Below are positions 39,986 to 51,559 of a stretch of DNA of 64,000 nt, one piece after another. The notes under the pieces are model-generated. The model searched no databases. It was not told where the DNA came from and worked only from the letters and a program-made list of their open reading frames with translations. The position numbers and the translations under genes were made by a program. Origin of the DNA: Octopus vulgaris (lineage: Eukaryota). Position 1 is the stretch's first letter, and each line of letters opens with the position of its first letter. Location of the stretch: contig OX597818.1 of the NCBI GenBank assembly GCA_951406725.2, forward strand, positions 107,880,001-107,944,000, in the 5' to 3' direction.

Positions 39986-40244
39986 CTGAAACTAGATAAA
40001 AAAAAAATATGTGTTGGGTCAGTGGAGTGAGCGTGGCAACACAAGTGAAAGACTGTCTGAAGAAGACATTTAAGTTGCCTTTTATATCTCTCGAGCAACG
40101 GATATTTATGCTTCCCTCTCTTTCCACTCTCTCTTTGTTTTTTGCTCTTTCTCCCTCTCTCTCTCCCTCTCTCTCTCTCTCCCCCTCTCTCCCCTCTCTC
40201 TCCTCCTTTCTCTCCCTCTCTGCACATACACACAGGGGTTGTAC

Positions 40245-40670
40245 TGGCAGAATTATTACTGTGCCAGGCAAAATGCTTTGGTAATATTTCTTCCAGCTTT
40301 GCATTCTGAGTTCAAATTCCACTGAGGTTGGCTTTACTGGTCATCCCTCTCAGGGTCGATGCAATAAGTACCAGTTAAGCACTGGGGGGTTGATGTAATT
40401 GGCTTACCCACTCCCACGAAATTGCTGGCTTTGTGCTGAAATTTGAAATCAAAAAAGCATCAAGCTGGCAGAATCATTAGCATGCTGAGAATTAATGCTT
40501 AGCAGCATTTCATCCATGCTTGCATTCTGAGTTCAAATCCCATTGAGGTCAACTTTACCTTTTATCCTTTTGGGGTCGATAAAACAAGTACTAGTTGATT
40601 ACTGGGGATTGATGTAGTTGACTTACCCCCTACCCATAAATTACTGGTATTGTACTAAAACTTGAAATCA
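40245..40670 (+). mobile_element. Two tandem SINEs related to family C
   Basis: CTGGCAGAAT..TTGCATTCTGAGTTCAAAT..GGGTCGAT..AAGTAC..ACTGGGG repeated twice. Confidence 0.8.
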
Positions 40671-41292
40671 GAAAGGTAATCACAAGTGATCGACACCATT
40701 AGAGATATGCCGTGCTTGAGAAGACCCATTAAGTCAAGTGAGATCGTAGTTGCGGCCGATGCCAATGTTGCATAACTGGATTCTTAAAAGCCCCCTTCAA
40801 TCACTGGACAATATGCTGTGCTTGTGAAGACCTGTCAGGCCAAGTGAAATTGTAGTACAATAAAACATTCAGGCAGAAATAGACGATACAAGGCGGACAA
40901 GAGAAACAACAATTAGAAGGATAAGCTAAAAAAAGATGGGTCACTTGTGGCCCCCTTTACTCAGTTAAGTTCCAGAAGCTACGACTGTTTCAAGTAGCTA
41001 CACTTGAGACGGTTTGATCTGGGTGCCCCCAAAAATGTCTAAGCTAAGAGCATTTGTAAATAACCTAGCGAATGTGTATGGCAACAAAGACAAAAAAAGC
41101 AGAGAACATGGTACACAAAAAGATGAAAAATGGAGAACATGGTACACAATTACGAATACAAACAACATTGAGTTCAATTGGAACATTTTTACTTGAGTGG
41201 GGGTCCAAAGTTAGATTTCTAATAAAGATTCTTCATATTAAATTTGTAGCTTACAATTGCAAGTATTTTATTAAAAATATGAAAATTTTACA

Positions 41293-41633
41293 AGTATAAG
41301 ATGTATTATGAGCTTTTATAGACCACAGTCCTATATAAACTCAACAAACAATTAAAAATGGAGAAGAGAAGATGTTAAAGGTTTTATAAAATTGTAATCC
41401 ATGCATACGATCATTTCAAATGGTAACACCAACATGTAAGAGATTAAATTAATTATAATTAATTGATTTAATTTTAATTAATTTAATCTCTTACATGTTG
41501 GTATTACCATTTGAAACGATTGTGTGCATGGATTAAAACTTTATATAACTTTTAACATCTTCTCTTCTCCATATTTAATTGTTTGTTGAGTTTATATAGG
41601 ACTGTGTTCTATAAATGCTCATAGTACACCTTA
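41293..41633. repeat. Long AT-rich palindrome, ~160-bp arms and ~18-nt loop
   Basis: ...CCAACATGTAAGAGATTAAATTAATTA / TAATTAATTTAATCTCTTACATGTTGG...; pairing extends out to TAAGATGTATTATGAGC / GCTCATAGTACACCTTA. Confidence 0.9.
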
Positions 41634-42181
41634 TCTCTCTATATATAAACGGCAGTTTGTCTGTCTGTGTGTCTGTGTGTCTGTCAGGTTGTACCCTCAC
41701 CCTAACCACGGCTTTCAACCGATTCTGATGAAACTAAACACACACATAGCCCAATGTCATAATTCAAAACTAACGCGGCGAAAATTTTGAAAAGTTCCCC
41801 CAGTTTTGAAAATGATCGATAAATTCGACATGGGGTTGAGAATCTCAGCTTTTTATATGCAACACATTTTCTGTTGTAGTTTTTGCAACTTGCAATCGAT
41901 TTTCACAAAACTCATGGGGAAGCTTAATGTTACCCTAAGAAACTTAATTCTGACGTTAGTTTTCCATGCAATACCTTACCATCAGAAAAAATCGATAAAA
42001 TCATGCCATTTGGGGAAATCGCGTTTTCGGCCAAAGGGACAGCTAGGAACATCGTATACACAGAAGACATTGCAACCTACACATGCGCCTTCGTTCCCTA
42101 GAGGGAAAGGACTAGATTGGGATTAGTCGTTACCTACTAGGGGCTCTTACATACCCGGGCAATGCCGGGCTATGCTGCTAG
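41634..42181 (+). mobile_element. Non-autonomous Helitron
   Basis: Starts A|TCTCTCTATATATAAAC, (TGTC)n near the 5' end, ends CCCGGGCAATGCCGGG-CTATGCTG-CTAG|T. Confidence 0.85.
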
Positions 42182-42183
42182 TA

Positions 42184-42227
<44 letters not shown>

Positions 42228-42231
<4 letters not shown>

Positions 42232-42478
42232 GGTAAAGACCCCCTTCGGTCATGAATGACCATGGGATTGCACCTAGAAAGTTACCCACCTAGACACAAG
42301 TCCGGGCAAGGTTGTTTATGGAAGACCAGCAGTCGCCCATGCATACCAGCCTCCCCTCTCCACGCCACCAGTGTTATCCAAGGAAAGACAAAGGTCGATA
42401 CAGCTTGGCACCAGTGACGTCGCAACTCATTTCTACAGCTGAGTGAACTGGAGCAATGAAATAAAGTGCCTTGCTCAA

Positions 42479-42480
<2 letters not shown>
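42228..42480 (-). mobile_element. SINE-like element between (TA)n tracts
   Basis: GC-rich insert ending CTACAGCTGAGTGAACTGGAGCAATGAAATAAAGTGCCTTGCTCAAG, the reverse of the CTTGAGCAAG(A/G)CAC core seen in other SINEs here. Confidence 0.6.
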
Positions 42481-42516
<36 letters not shown>

Positions 42517-42519
42517 AAG

Positions 42520-43010
42520 CAATGTATCAGAAAGAATAGAATTGTTGCAGATGAGAAGATGGAATTTATATTTAGGGATTCTGTATAGGACCATGTGTGG
42601 AAGTGCTACTGCAAAGGCTATTAGAAGTGGAAAATGCAAGGGGAAAAGAAACCCAATAGAAGGATTAAGCATTCCAGTAGACATTTGTTTGATAGTTAAA
42701 GCAACTAAGGATATGGAAAGTAAGAAAAGCTTCTGGTCTACCAGGAATTACCTCTAGAATACTCAAAGCATCTGGCTGAGTAAGAGACTGGCTTGTTGGC
42801 TTTTAATTAATCATGTCATATCAGAAGGTCACATGAATAGTGACTTGCTTCGGAGCATCACAGTCAACTTTTATTGGAGTAAACAAGATGTTTTAGGGAA
42901 ATAGTGACAGAGGTATCAAATTGCTGGATGAGGTCATGGAAGCTATGGAAAGAGTTATAGCTCAGTTATTAAGAATCAGGTTAGTCTATCTTTGTGCTTG
43001 GAAGAAGTTC
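42520..43010 (+). mobile_element. Decayed RTE LINE RT fragment
   Basis: RGIKLLDEVMEAMERVIAQLLRIR matches the RTE motif NYRGIKLLxxxMKxxERVI. Confidence 0.6.
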
Positions 43011-44229
43011 CACCATTTTCAGTTTTGTCCACTAAAATTGTTGCTGGCATCTTAGAGATTTCATGTTCACGGGAATGTTTTTAATGTCAGTATTTTTGTA
43101 AAATATTCCCTCTATGAGTTTGTGGTGAGGTCTGTTGCATGAAGCCGTAGTTTGATGAGTTTTTAATGAAATAATCCATTCTAAAACTAAGGGACATTTG
43201 GTTTTTGCATTAGGGGTTTATACATTTTTACTGAGTGCAATATTTGTTGAATCAATGTAGAGAAATGTGTTCCTGTTTTGTTTTGTGATATTGTCTACTA
43301 ATTTAATTAAGTACGCATCATTAATTAATGTTTGTTTCCCTTGTTAGATTCCCTAATTTAAAAATTGGCTTGCTCTATTTTTTTCATATTCTGAGATGTT
43401 CTGTGTAATATTATAGTTGCTTCTTTTTTTTACTTATTTTGTTGCTTATCTATAATAACTAAGAGGTTTCTCCTCTTAGTTTCACAAATTACGATTTCCT
43501 TTCATGTCCTGTATGGTTATGGCACAATATTTTTGTCAATTAGTATCTTGAAAAACAGAGAGAGATTTTACTTACTTCGTGTTCTTTGGGAATAAGAATT
43601 TGTTGTGGGACTGGCATGTGTAATTTGATCACAGCTGAGGAGTGCTAGGAGAGTCCAAAAACTTTGTTGTCTTGTGAGAGAAATAGTAATTTCCCATCAT
43701 AAAAACTGCTAAGATTCCATCTATATCATCATTCCTTATTTGACATGAGAGTAGACTGTACATTATCTATAGCCATGGCTATGTAGTTAAGTAAGTCAGT
43801 TACCTATAGATTTTTTGGGGGTTTCTGCTGAAGATTTTGGAATATCCTTCGCCATTATGTCTACTTGACAGTTGATTAGCTTTTACAAGAATTCTGAGAC
43901 TTTTGTTTTTTTGCACTGCTTCATTGTGAAAACATATATTTGTGCAAACAGGGAACAGCTTTTTTCAAACATTTTGTTTTAAAGATGCAACTGTGTTCAA
44001 GTTTAATCCATTTTCTTTCTTTTTTTTTATTAAAGACTTTTCTTGTTTCTTTATTAATCCTTCACATTTAGTTTGGAAACAATAGCATTCCAATGTCCAT
44101 TAGTCCATTAACGATTCAATACTTTAGTTTTCAACACCTGAAATATTGACATGTTTTTCGCACATTTTGCAGTATGTTGCCAAAGATCATGGCAGTAGAT
44201 GGAACTGACAAATCTCCAACGCTGGATTA

Positions 44230-44790
44230 TTTGGTTAACATAAAAACGAAGTTATTTCTAAATATCACCACATTATCTACTCTATGTTGAGGACATAGCA
44301 AGGTGAGATATACAGAAGAAAAAACTGATAGATTTAAAACGAGATCTTGAAACTAATTCCCTCCTTAAATTTACCATCCAAAAATAGTTATAACATAAAT
44401 TAAAACCACACCACCAAACCATTCTGGTTACATAATGTAACAACAAGGAATATTACTTGTAGCAACTCATTATACTCCCACCAAAAAAAATCTACCTCTG
44501 CAGAGATAATATCTAAACAAGCAGAGATTCTGTCCCCTTAGATATAAAATATTTATAGTGAAATCGTAGCTAGGATGAGCTTTTAAATCTCACCAACAAA
44601 AGCATTTTTAGATAAGGAGCTCTAACAAGCAAAACAAACAATAGTTAGTAATAGATATTGGGTAGACAAGAAGACTGTGTTACAAAACAGAAACAAATTC
44701 ATACTCACTGCTACAACAGATGCAACACACAGTAAAAATATATAAACAACACATATAGAACACTACAAGAACCAAATGCATGCTTCTTAG
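44230..44790 (+). mobile_element. Penelope-like RT/thumb remnant
   Basis: YVEDI (YVDD), LIDLKRDLETNSLLKFTI, CPLRYK and KEL*QAKQTIVSNRY match PLE RT palm and thumb motifs. Confidence 0.65.
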
Positions 44791-45145
44791 AGAAGGAAAT
44801 ATCGTTAATATCTGATAACAGAACAGAATAGGGATCATGTCTAATCACAGTCTTATAGTTCTTCCACATGAGTGGTTCTCAACCATTTTTTGTCTCTAAA
44901 TCCCTTTGATCCGTACTCTATTCCTACCAGGCTTCCATAGCCATTTGATGTATATTAAATAATCTCGTTATGATTTTATAATTATTAAAAATTATTTGAA
45001 AAAAGTTTAAATATTTTGTATATAGTAGATGTATAAGCAATTTATTGCACATAAACCAGAAAAACTTATATGAACCTCAGCTGAGAAACAATGTTTTATA
45101 TTATAAAACACCTGAATGGAAAATTCCTCACCAAAAGACAAGTAG

Positions 45146-45465
45146 AGGCATGACTTTGTGGTAAGAAGTTTGTTTCCCAGCCACATGGTTCTGGGTTCAG
45201 TCCCACTGCATGGCACCATGTGTCTTCTACTAACAGCCTCAGGTCTTTTGCATGGATTGGTAGGCAGAAACTGAAAGAGGCCCGTTGCATGTGGTGGGGA
45301 CGGTTTGACAACCAGTGTTGGTTTGTTTACATCTCCGCAACTTAGCAGTTTAGCTGATAGAGACTGATAGAGGCTTAAAACTAAAGTATGTACTGGAGTC
45401 AATTTGCTTGACTAAAATTCTTCAAGGAGTTGCCCCAGCATGGCCACAGACCAATGCTTGAAATG
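45146..45465 (+). mobile_element. SINE family B
   Basis: GGCATGACTTTGTGGTAAGAAG...GGGTTCAGTCCCACTG...CCCCAGCATGGCCAC. Confidence 0.8.
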
Positions 45466-46159
45466 GCTAAACCATGAAATGAAACCACACACTTTCAAAC
45501 TATGGAAAGTACTTCAGATGAAAACTAGTAACGCCAAAACATATTTCGGGTGATTGTGTTTGGTAGTTAAAAGTTATTGCTGCCCAACAAAACGTAACAG
45601 AATATATAGAAAAATGTATACGAAGACACATGGTTTTACTGCATAGGTGCATTGCACTCAAGATCATAAAATCATGAGTTCAATTCCCAGATTGGTTGCA
45701 TGTTGTACTCTTGAGCAAAACACTTCATTTAATGTTACTCCACTCCACCCTGCTGTAAATGGTTAACCCTGTGGCAAACTAAACCAATTAGGGAGTATGT
45801 TGGCTTGCTTACCTAGCCAAGGGGTGGAATCATTCAAAAACCAAAATGATGCAAAGTGCACTGTGACCAGCAATGTATAATAACATCTAATAGTCTGGTC
45901 AACCATTTGGTCACATGGTGAATATACAATATATAATAGTCAGGTCAGGTCAGGTCAGATCAAGTAGGAATGGTCAGGTAGTGATGGGCATGTGCTGTTG
46001 CAGTGCCTTGCTGTATCCTCTATGTGTCAGTATTTGCTTGAGTCATCCAAAGTAACCCTCCAAGCAGCGTCCCAGTCAGTCCTCATTTCTGCAAGATACT
46101 TCTTCATCTGCTATGACCATGGGACATCTGGTTGACCAATGCCTGTGGATAACATATTG

Positions 46160-47304
46160 TTAGGTTGTCTGAAAAGTTCTGCACATTTTTAATGTGCAAA
46201 ACAGAATATAAATAATTGATCTTTCAATAGATTTTATTCAATGAAATGATTTCCGTTATTATTTGACTTTTATCAACCTATCAGACAGTTTAAATATTCT
46301 ATAAGCATAAAATTTGACTGGTTTTGAAGAAATAAAGTTACCTAGATGCATTTTGACTCCCAGGAGAATATGGTGGATGGGGTAAGAGATATCAACCAAG
46401 TTCATGTAGCTTTGACAACACATGTTGTCAGGCATTGTCTTGTAGGAACATTGTTGGCAATCTCCAGCCTCAATTCTTTGATTTTTTTAATGAAATTCAC
46501 ATCAGAATTAATTATCTGGTTTTGTGGTAGAAGCTTATAATAAATAATGTCTTTTTGATCCCACCCAACACAAAGCATAGCTTTTTTAACATGGATATTC
46601 ATCTTTGGCTGCTGTCTTGGGGATCCTTACATGAACTCCAGGATCTTTTATGCACTACGTTTTCATATACAATCCATTTTTCATCTCCAGTCACAAGTTG
46701 TTTCAAAAAGGGCAGGCTTTCATTCCGTTACACAAGCATATAACAAACAGAATACTGGTCCAAGCAATTCTCTTCTGAGAGTTTGTGGGGGACCCATACA
46801 TTATAGTAAGAAATGTATCCTTGCTTCACTAGGTCTTCATGAGCAATACTTTTGGAAACTCCTGTGCAAATCTCTAGTCGTAATATTTGAGTTTTCTTCA
46901 ATTTTTACCTTCAAAACATCTTCATCCAATTTCGAAGGTCTTCCACTGTGATTGTCATCTTCCAAGCTAAACTCACCAGCTTTAAATTTTGCAAACCATC
47001 TTCAAAGAACGGTTGATTCACCATAAACTTCACAAACGTTTTGCAAGTCTTTGCAGTATTTTCTCCTTTTTAAAAAAACAGAAAAGCATTACAACACGAA
47101 TATGAAATTTTTGGTTATCCATTTCGAATGTCAATAAAGGGTAACCGAAATGAAAGATAAATTTATTTTTAGTCAGGAACAAAGAAGAGATGTACGACCA
47201 CTTCAAACAACGCCAAAGTTTTAACTGTGCTACGTTTCAAGTGTACTCAAAGAAGCATTGAAAGATTTAGCTTAAAAATGCTCAGAACTTTCCAGTCAAC
47301 CTAA
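46160..47304 (-). mobile_element. Near full-length decayed mariner element
   Basis: TIRs TTAGGTTGTCTGAAAAGTTCTGCACATTTTT / AAAAATGCTCAGAACTTTCCAGTCAACCTAA followed by TA. Transposase pieces QLVTGDEKWIVYENVVHKRSW and KKAMLCVGWDQKDIIYYKLLPQNQIINSD. Confidence 0.9.
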
Positions 47305-48084
47305 TAATATACTATTATTGTATGTGCACTATAATTTGATACAAAAACATTAGTAGACAGATATTACTATCGTAACCAGAATTCGAGAAAGAAAAATGCA
47401 ATTTGCTAGGGAAGTTTTACTGATAGCAAAACGGAATGAAAAATCGTCCCAAAGATACAGCACATAGAATAAACCTCAAAATCAAACAGTTTTTAAATAT
47501 TGAAATGCTTGATTTAAAATCTGATGTAGAGTATTTTATAGTTATAATGATATTCCCATGCTCCTTTGTTCCCTAGTGTAAATTGTGCAAACAACATTCT
47601 GTTCCGTTATCATGTCATGTAGATGATAAAAGCAGAGAGTTTTGAAAATGTTAATAAACTAATGACCTTAGGAAACTATTGTTTCAAATCAAATATAAAA
47701 GACAATTAAGAGAATATGGAGTATCCTTAGTACAAAGGTCTGAATTTGAACAGTTCTATTGATAAAGGTATGGCTGTATGGTATAGAAGACTGCTTTACA
47801 ACTACAAAGTTTCAGATTCTATACCATTGTATGGAACCTTGTGTAAGTATCTGCCAATCTAGTGTCAGCCCAACCAATGTCTTATCAATGAAATTGGTAC
47901 CAGACTTTGTCTTGGAGAGAATTTCTTTCTAAAGGTTTTGTAAGAACATTACATGCTTCCTATGTATGTATGTATGTATGTATGTATGTATGTATGTATG
48001 TATGTATGTATGTATGTATGTATGTATGTATGTATGTATGCATACATATATATACATATATACATATACATATATATATATATA

Positions 48085-48590
48085 TTAACAATTGAGGATA
48101 AAATCTTTAAAAGAAATTATCAGTAGTCAGCGTGAAAAACCTCGTAAGAGAAAAAATCCGTAAATTCTTCCTCTTTGAAAATATTCATTTATATTATATT
48201 GAGGGTACTACTATTCGTAGATACCAACACGCTAAGAGGGACCAATGTGGTCAAAACTACTAAAAATAAACAAAATTTTACCGAATGCAAAACTTCAAAA
48301 CACATCATTTTAAAAAAGAATTCAGTTACATATCACATGTGATTTCGCATTTAAATGCAGAATATGCATTTTATGTTCATCAGTGCTACAAACTCAAGAA
48401 ATATAAGAGAAAAACATAACATTACAAGCTCGATAGCCAACCGTAGAATTCGTCGTAGCATGTCCGAATGTTTATCTTTACATATCTATGAAAATGGCGG
48501 GCTTATTCGCAATGCATTTCGGTAACAAATTGTCTATTCGGAATAAAAATTCAGTATTGAACTATTCTGGTGAAAAATATAAATTAACAA
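48085..48590 (-). mobile_element. Penelope-like 3' end (ORF terminus plus HHR-bearing 3' region)
   Basis: Minus pieces ILN...LLPKCIANK resemble the PLE ORF end LNxRxExxxKCxH. An HHR follows about 120 nt downstream. Bounded by (TA)n. Confidence 0.6.
48328..48386 (-). ncRNA. Type I hammerhead ribozyme motif
   Basis: GCA-CTGATGA-aCATAAAATGCA tattc TGCATTTAAATGc-GAAA-TCACATGTGA-TA-TGT. Intact core, long helix II, perfect palindrome ATCACATGTGAT. Confidence 0.75.
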
Positions 48591-48611
48591 TATATATATA
48601 TATATATATAT

Positions 48612-50216
48612 ATCATCATCATCATTTAGCGTCCGTTTTCCATGCTAGCATGGGTTGGACGGTTCAACTGGGGTCTGGGGAGCCCGAAGGCTGCACCAGG
48701 CCAGTCAGATCTGGCAGTGTTTCTACAGCTGGATGCCCTTCCTAACGCCAACCACTCCGAGAGTGTAGTGGGTGATTTTATGTGCCACCGACACAGGTGC
48801 CAGACGAGGCTGGCGAACGGCCACGCTCGGATGGTGTTTTTATGTGCCACCGACACAGGTGCCAGACGAGGCTAGCAGACGGCCACGCTCGGATGGTGTT
48901 TTTATGTGCCACCGACACAGGTGCCAGATGAGGCTGGCGGACGGCCACGATCGGATGGTGTTTGTTACGTCCCCAAAGCACGGAGGCCAGTCTATGCGGT
49001 ACTGGCTACGGCCACGTTCGGATGATTTTCTTGTGTGCCACCGGCACTGGTACCACAAAGATACAAATTCCATTGATGTTCATCTATTTTGATTTGTTTT
49101 GATTTGATTTGATTTTCACTTGCCTCAACAGGTCTTCACAAGTGTCACAAGAAAGAAGGTATGCACAGGTGGACTGACTACGTCCCAGGTAGGGGCCACG
49201 GGTTATGGCCTGACTAGTCTTGCCGGGTCTTCGGATGGTGTTTTTATGTGCCACCGACACAGGTGCCAGATGAGGCTGGCGAACGGCCACGATCGGATGG
49301 TGTTTGTTGCGTGCCCACAGCACGGAGGCCAGTCGATGCGGTACTGGCTACGGCCACGTTCGGATGGTTTTCTTGTGTGCCACCGGCACTGGTACCACAA
49401 GATACAAATTCCATTGATGTTCATCTATTTTGATTTGATTTGATTTGATTTTCACTTGCCTCAACAGGTCTTCACAGGTCTTCACAAGTGTCACAAGAAG
49501 GAAGGAAGGTATGCACAGGTGGACTGACCTACGTCCCAAGTAGGGGCCATGGGTTATGGCCTGACTAGTCTTGCCGGGTCTTCGGTTGGTGTTTTTATGT
49601 GCCACCGACACAGGTGCCAGATGAGGCTGGCGGACGGCCACGATCGGATGGTGTTTGTTATGTGCCCACATCACAGAGGCCAGTCGATGCGGTACTGGCT
49701 ACGGCCACGTTCGGATGGTTTTCTTGTGTGCCACCGGTACTGGTACCACAAAGATACAAATTCCATTGATGTTCATCTATTTTGATTTGGTTTGATTTGA
49801 TTTGATTTGATTTTGATTTTCACTTGCCTCAACAGGTCTACACAAGTGTCACACACTTGCCTCAACAGGTCTTCACAAGTGTCATAAGTAGGAAGGTATG
49901 CACAGGTGGACTGACTACGTCGCCGGGTCTTCGGATGGTGTTTTTATGTGCCACCGACACAGGTGCCAGATGAGGCTGGCGAACGGCCATGATCGGATGG
50001 TTTTCTTGTGTGCCACCGGTACTGGAACCACAAAGATACAAATTCCATTGATGTTCATCTATTTTGATTTGGTTTGATTTTCACTTGCCTCAACAGGTCT
50101 TCACAAGTGTCACACACTTGCCTCAACAGGTCTCCACAAGTGTCACACACTTGCCTCTGCCTCAACAGGTCTTCACAAAGTGTCACACACTTGCCTCTGC
50201 CTCAACAGGTCTTCAC
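48612..50216 (-). mobile_element. Composite retroposon: hierarchical GC-rich VNTR fused to an RTE-type tail
   Basis: RTE-tail module at 48612-48780. A ~61-bp unit TTTTATGTGCCACCGACACAGGTGCCAGA..GGATGGTG occurs 3 times, then ~340-350-bp higher-order units (~48892, 49233, 49584 and a partial at 49933), then ~31-bp CACTTGCCTCAACAGGTCTTCACAAGTGTCA repeats. Confidence 0.75.
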
Positions 50217-50298
50217 ATATATATATATATATATATGAATATATATATATATCTATATATATGTACATATATACATATATATATATTACACACACACG

Positions 50299-50351
<53 letters not shown>

Positions 50352-50589
50352 TGTATGTATGTATGTATATATATATATATATATGCTAATATCAAACAGT
50401 GAGAATTAGTGTTGAACACCACATTAGTGTATAAATATATTTTCAGTGTGGGTCAGTGAGGCAAAAACAAAAATTGTATATATGCATGAATGCATTTCTT
50501 CTGCACATTTTGTCATTCCCTCCCCCGCTAATTATACATATCAATATATAGACATATTCCTATACCTATATAAGCTTCTATGAAATACT

Positions 50590-50830
50590 TAAAAATATAA
50601 TTGTGCAAGTGTTTCGAATTTTTGAATAGTTTTCTGCGTGTTGGGACTCAGCTTTTGATAAGGTGCATTCAAGATAACGAAGGTAGCTACATTTTCTAAT
50701 TTGGTGCTATTCACTAGGATAATCAGTTCAATATAGCGCTTGCCATTATTTGAGTTTATTGTGAAGCCAAATGCAACACATGTGGTAGAAAACCAGTCCA
50801 TTATTAGAAGTCGCATTCCATCTCAGTATA
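50590..50830 (-). mobile_element. Decayed RTE LINE fragment
   Basis: MDWFSTTCVAFGFTINS...LENVATF resembles MDRFSSACDNFGLTIS of the RTE at ~11100. Confidence 0.6.
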
Positions 50831-50858
50831 AGCGACAAAAATGAACATCAAAATCTTT

Positions 50859-51287
50859 CTTGGAGTAAAAATTGTTTGCCATCATAATATGGCCATCCTG
50901 CTTTAGGACGAATGTTGCTGTAATTTAGCTCCAGGAGACATCATCTCCAGCTGGCTATACAACATGATCTGTGTACTTATTTTTTCAAACAAGGGAATCT
51001 AGCACCCCCACTCAGCTCAAAACAATATCTGTGTATCGTGGTTTCCAGGTTATTTCCTTTCATCAGCACAGAATAATTGTTCGGCTAGAGGTTGTACTGC
51101 CAAATTCCCACTTTAAATATATAGTTTTGAAAGCGACAACTAGTCACTGATCTATAAATTAGAGAATTACTATGTTTAAATCTCACAACAACAGATATTC
51201 AGCCCAGGGGTTAAATTACAGCAACATTCGTCCTAAACCAGGACTGCCATGTTAAGTTGGCAAACAATCTTTACTCCAAAGTACTGT
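50859..51287 (-). mobile_element. Non-coding HHR-bearing element, copy 2, with inverted terminal duplication
   Basis: ~345-bp unit at 50859-51203, plus 51204-51287, which is the reverse complement of the unit's left end. Confidence 0.7.
51028..51072 (-). ncRNA. Type I hammerhead ribozyme motif
   Basis: TCTGTG-CTGATGA-aAGG aaataa CCTg-GAAA-CCACGA-TA-CACAGA. Perfect 6-bp helix I and intact core; helix III is imperfect. Confidence 0.7.
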
Positions 51288-51559
51288 AATAGTAATTTTC
51301 TAAAATCTTTTATGTTGTTCTAAACTTAAAATGAATAACAATATCACATTGTTGAAAATCATAAAGAGCACGTTGAAGTATATTGAAATCAGAGCTGTGC
51401 TTCATGCCAATGTTTGTCGCAATTTCATCAGAATGGTACCTTTGTATGTGACTTGAACCATCACTGCATGATTTAGTCCCTTAAACAAGTTTTTTTCCCC
51501 ATTTATTCTGTCACATAACTATTATAGGGAGAGACCCTCTACTTCATGCAGTTAATGTC

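Noticed and set aside
43576-43644. 69-nt minus-strand exon candidate (HSSAVIKLHMPVPQQILIPKEHE, GTAAGT donor)
   Set aside because: Phase 0-0 does not bridge the candidate exons, and it abuts a probable PLE GIY-YIG remnant (CETKRRNL, KIRES).
48776-50216. CRISPR-like regularly spaced repeats
   Set aside because: The intervening sequences are themselves repeated, with no unique spacers and no cas genes, in a eukaryotic context.
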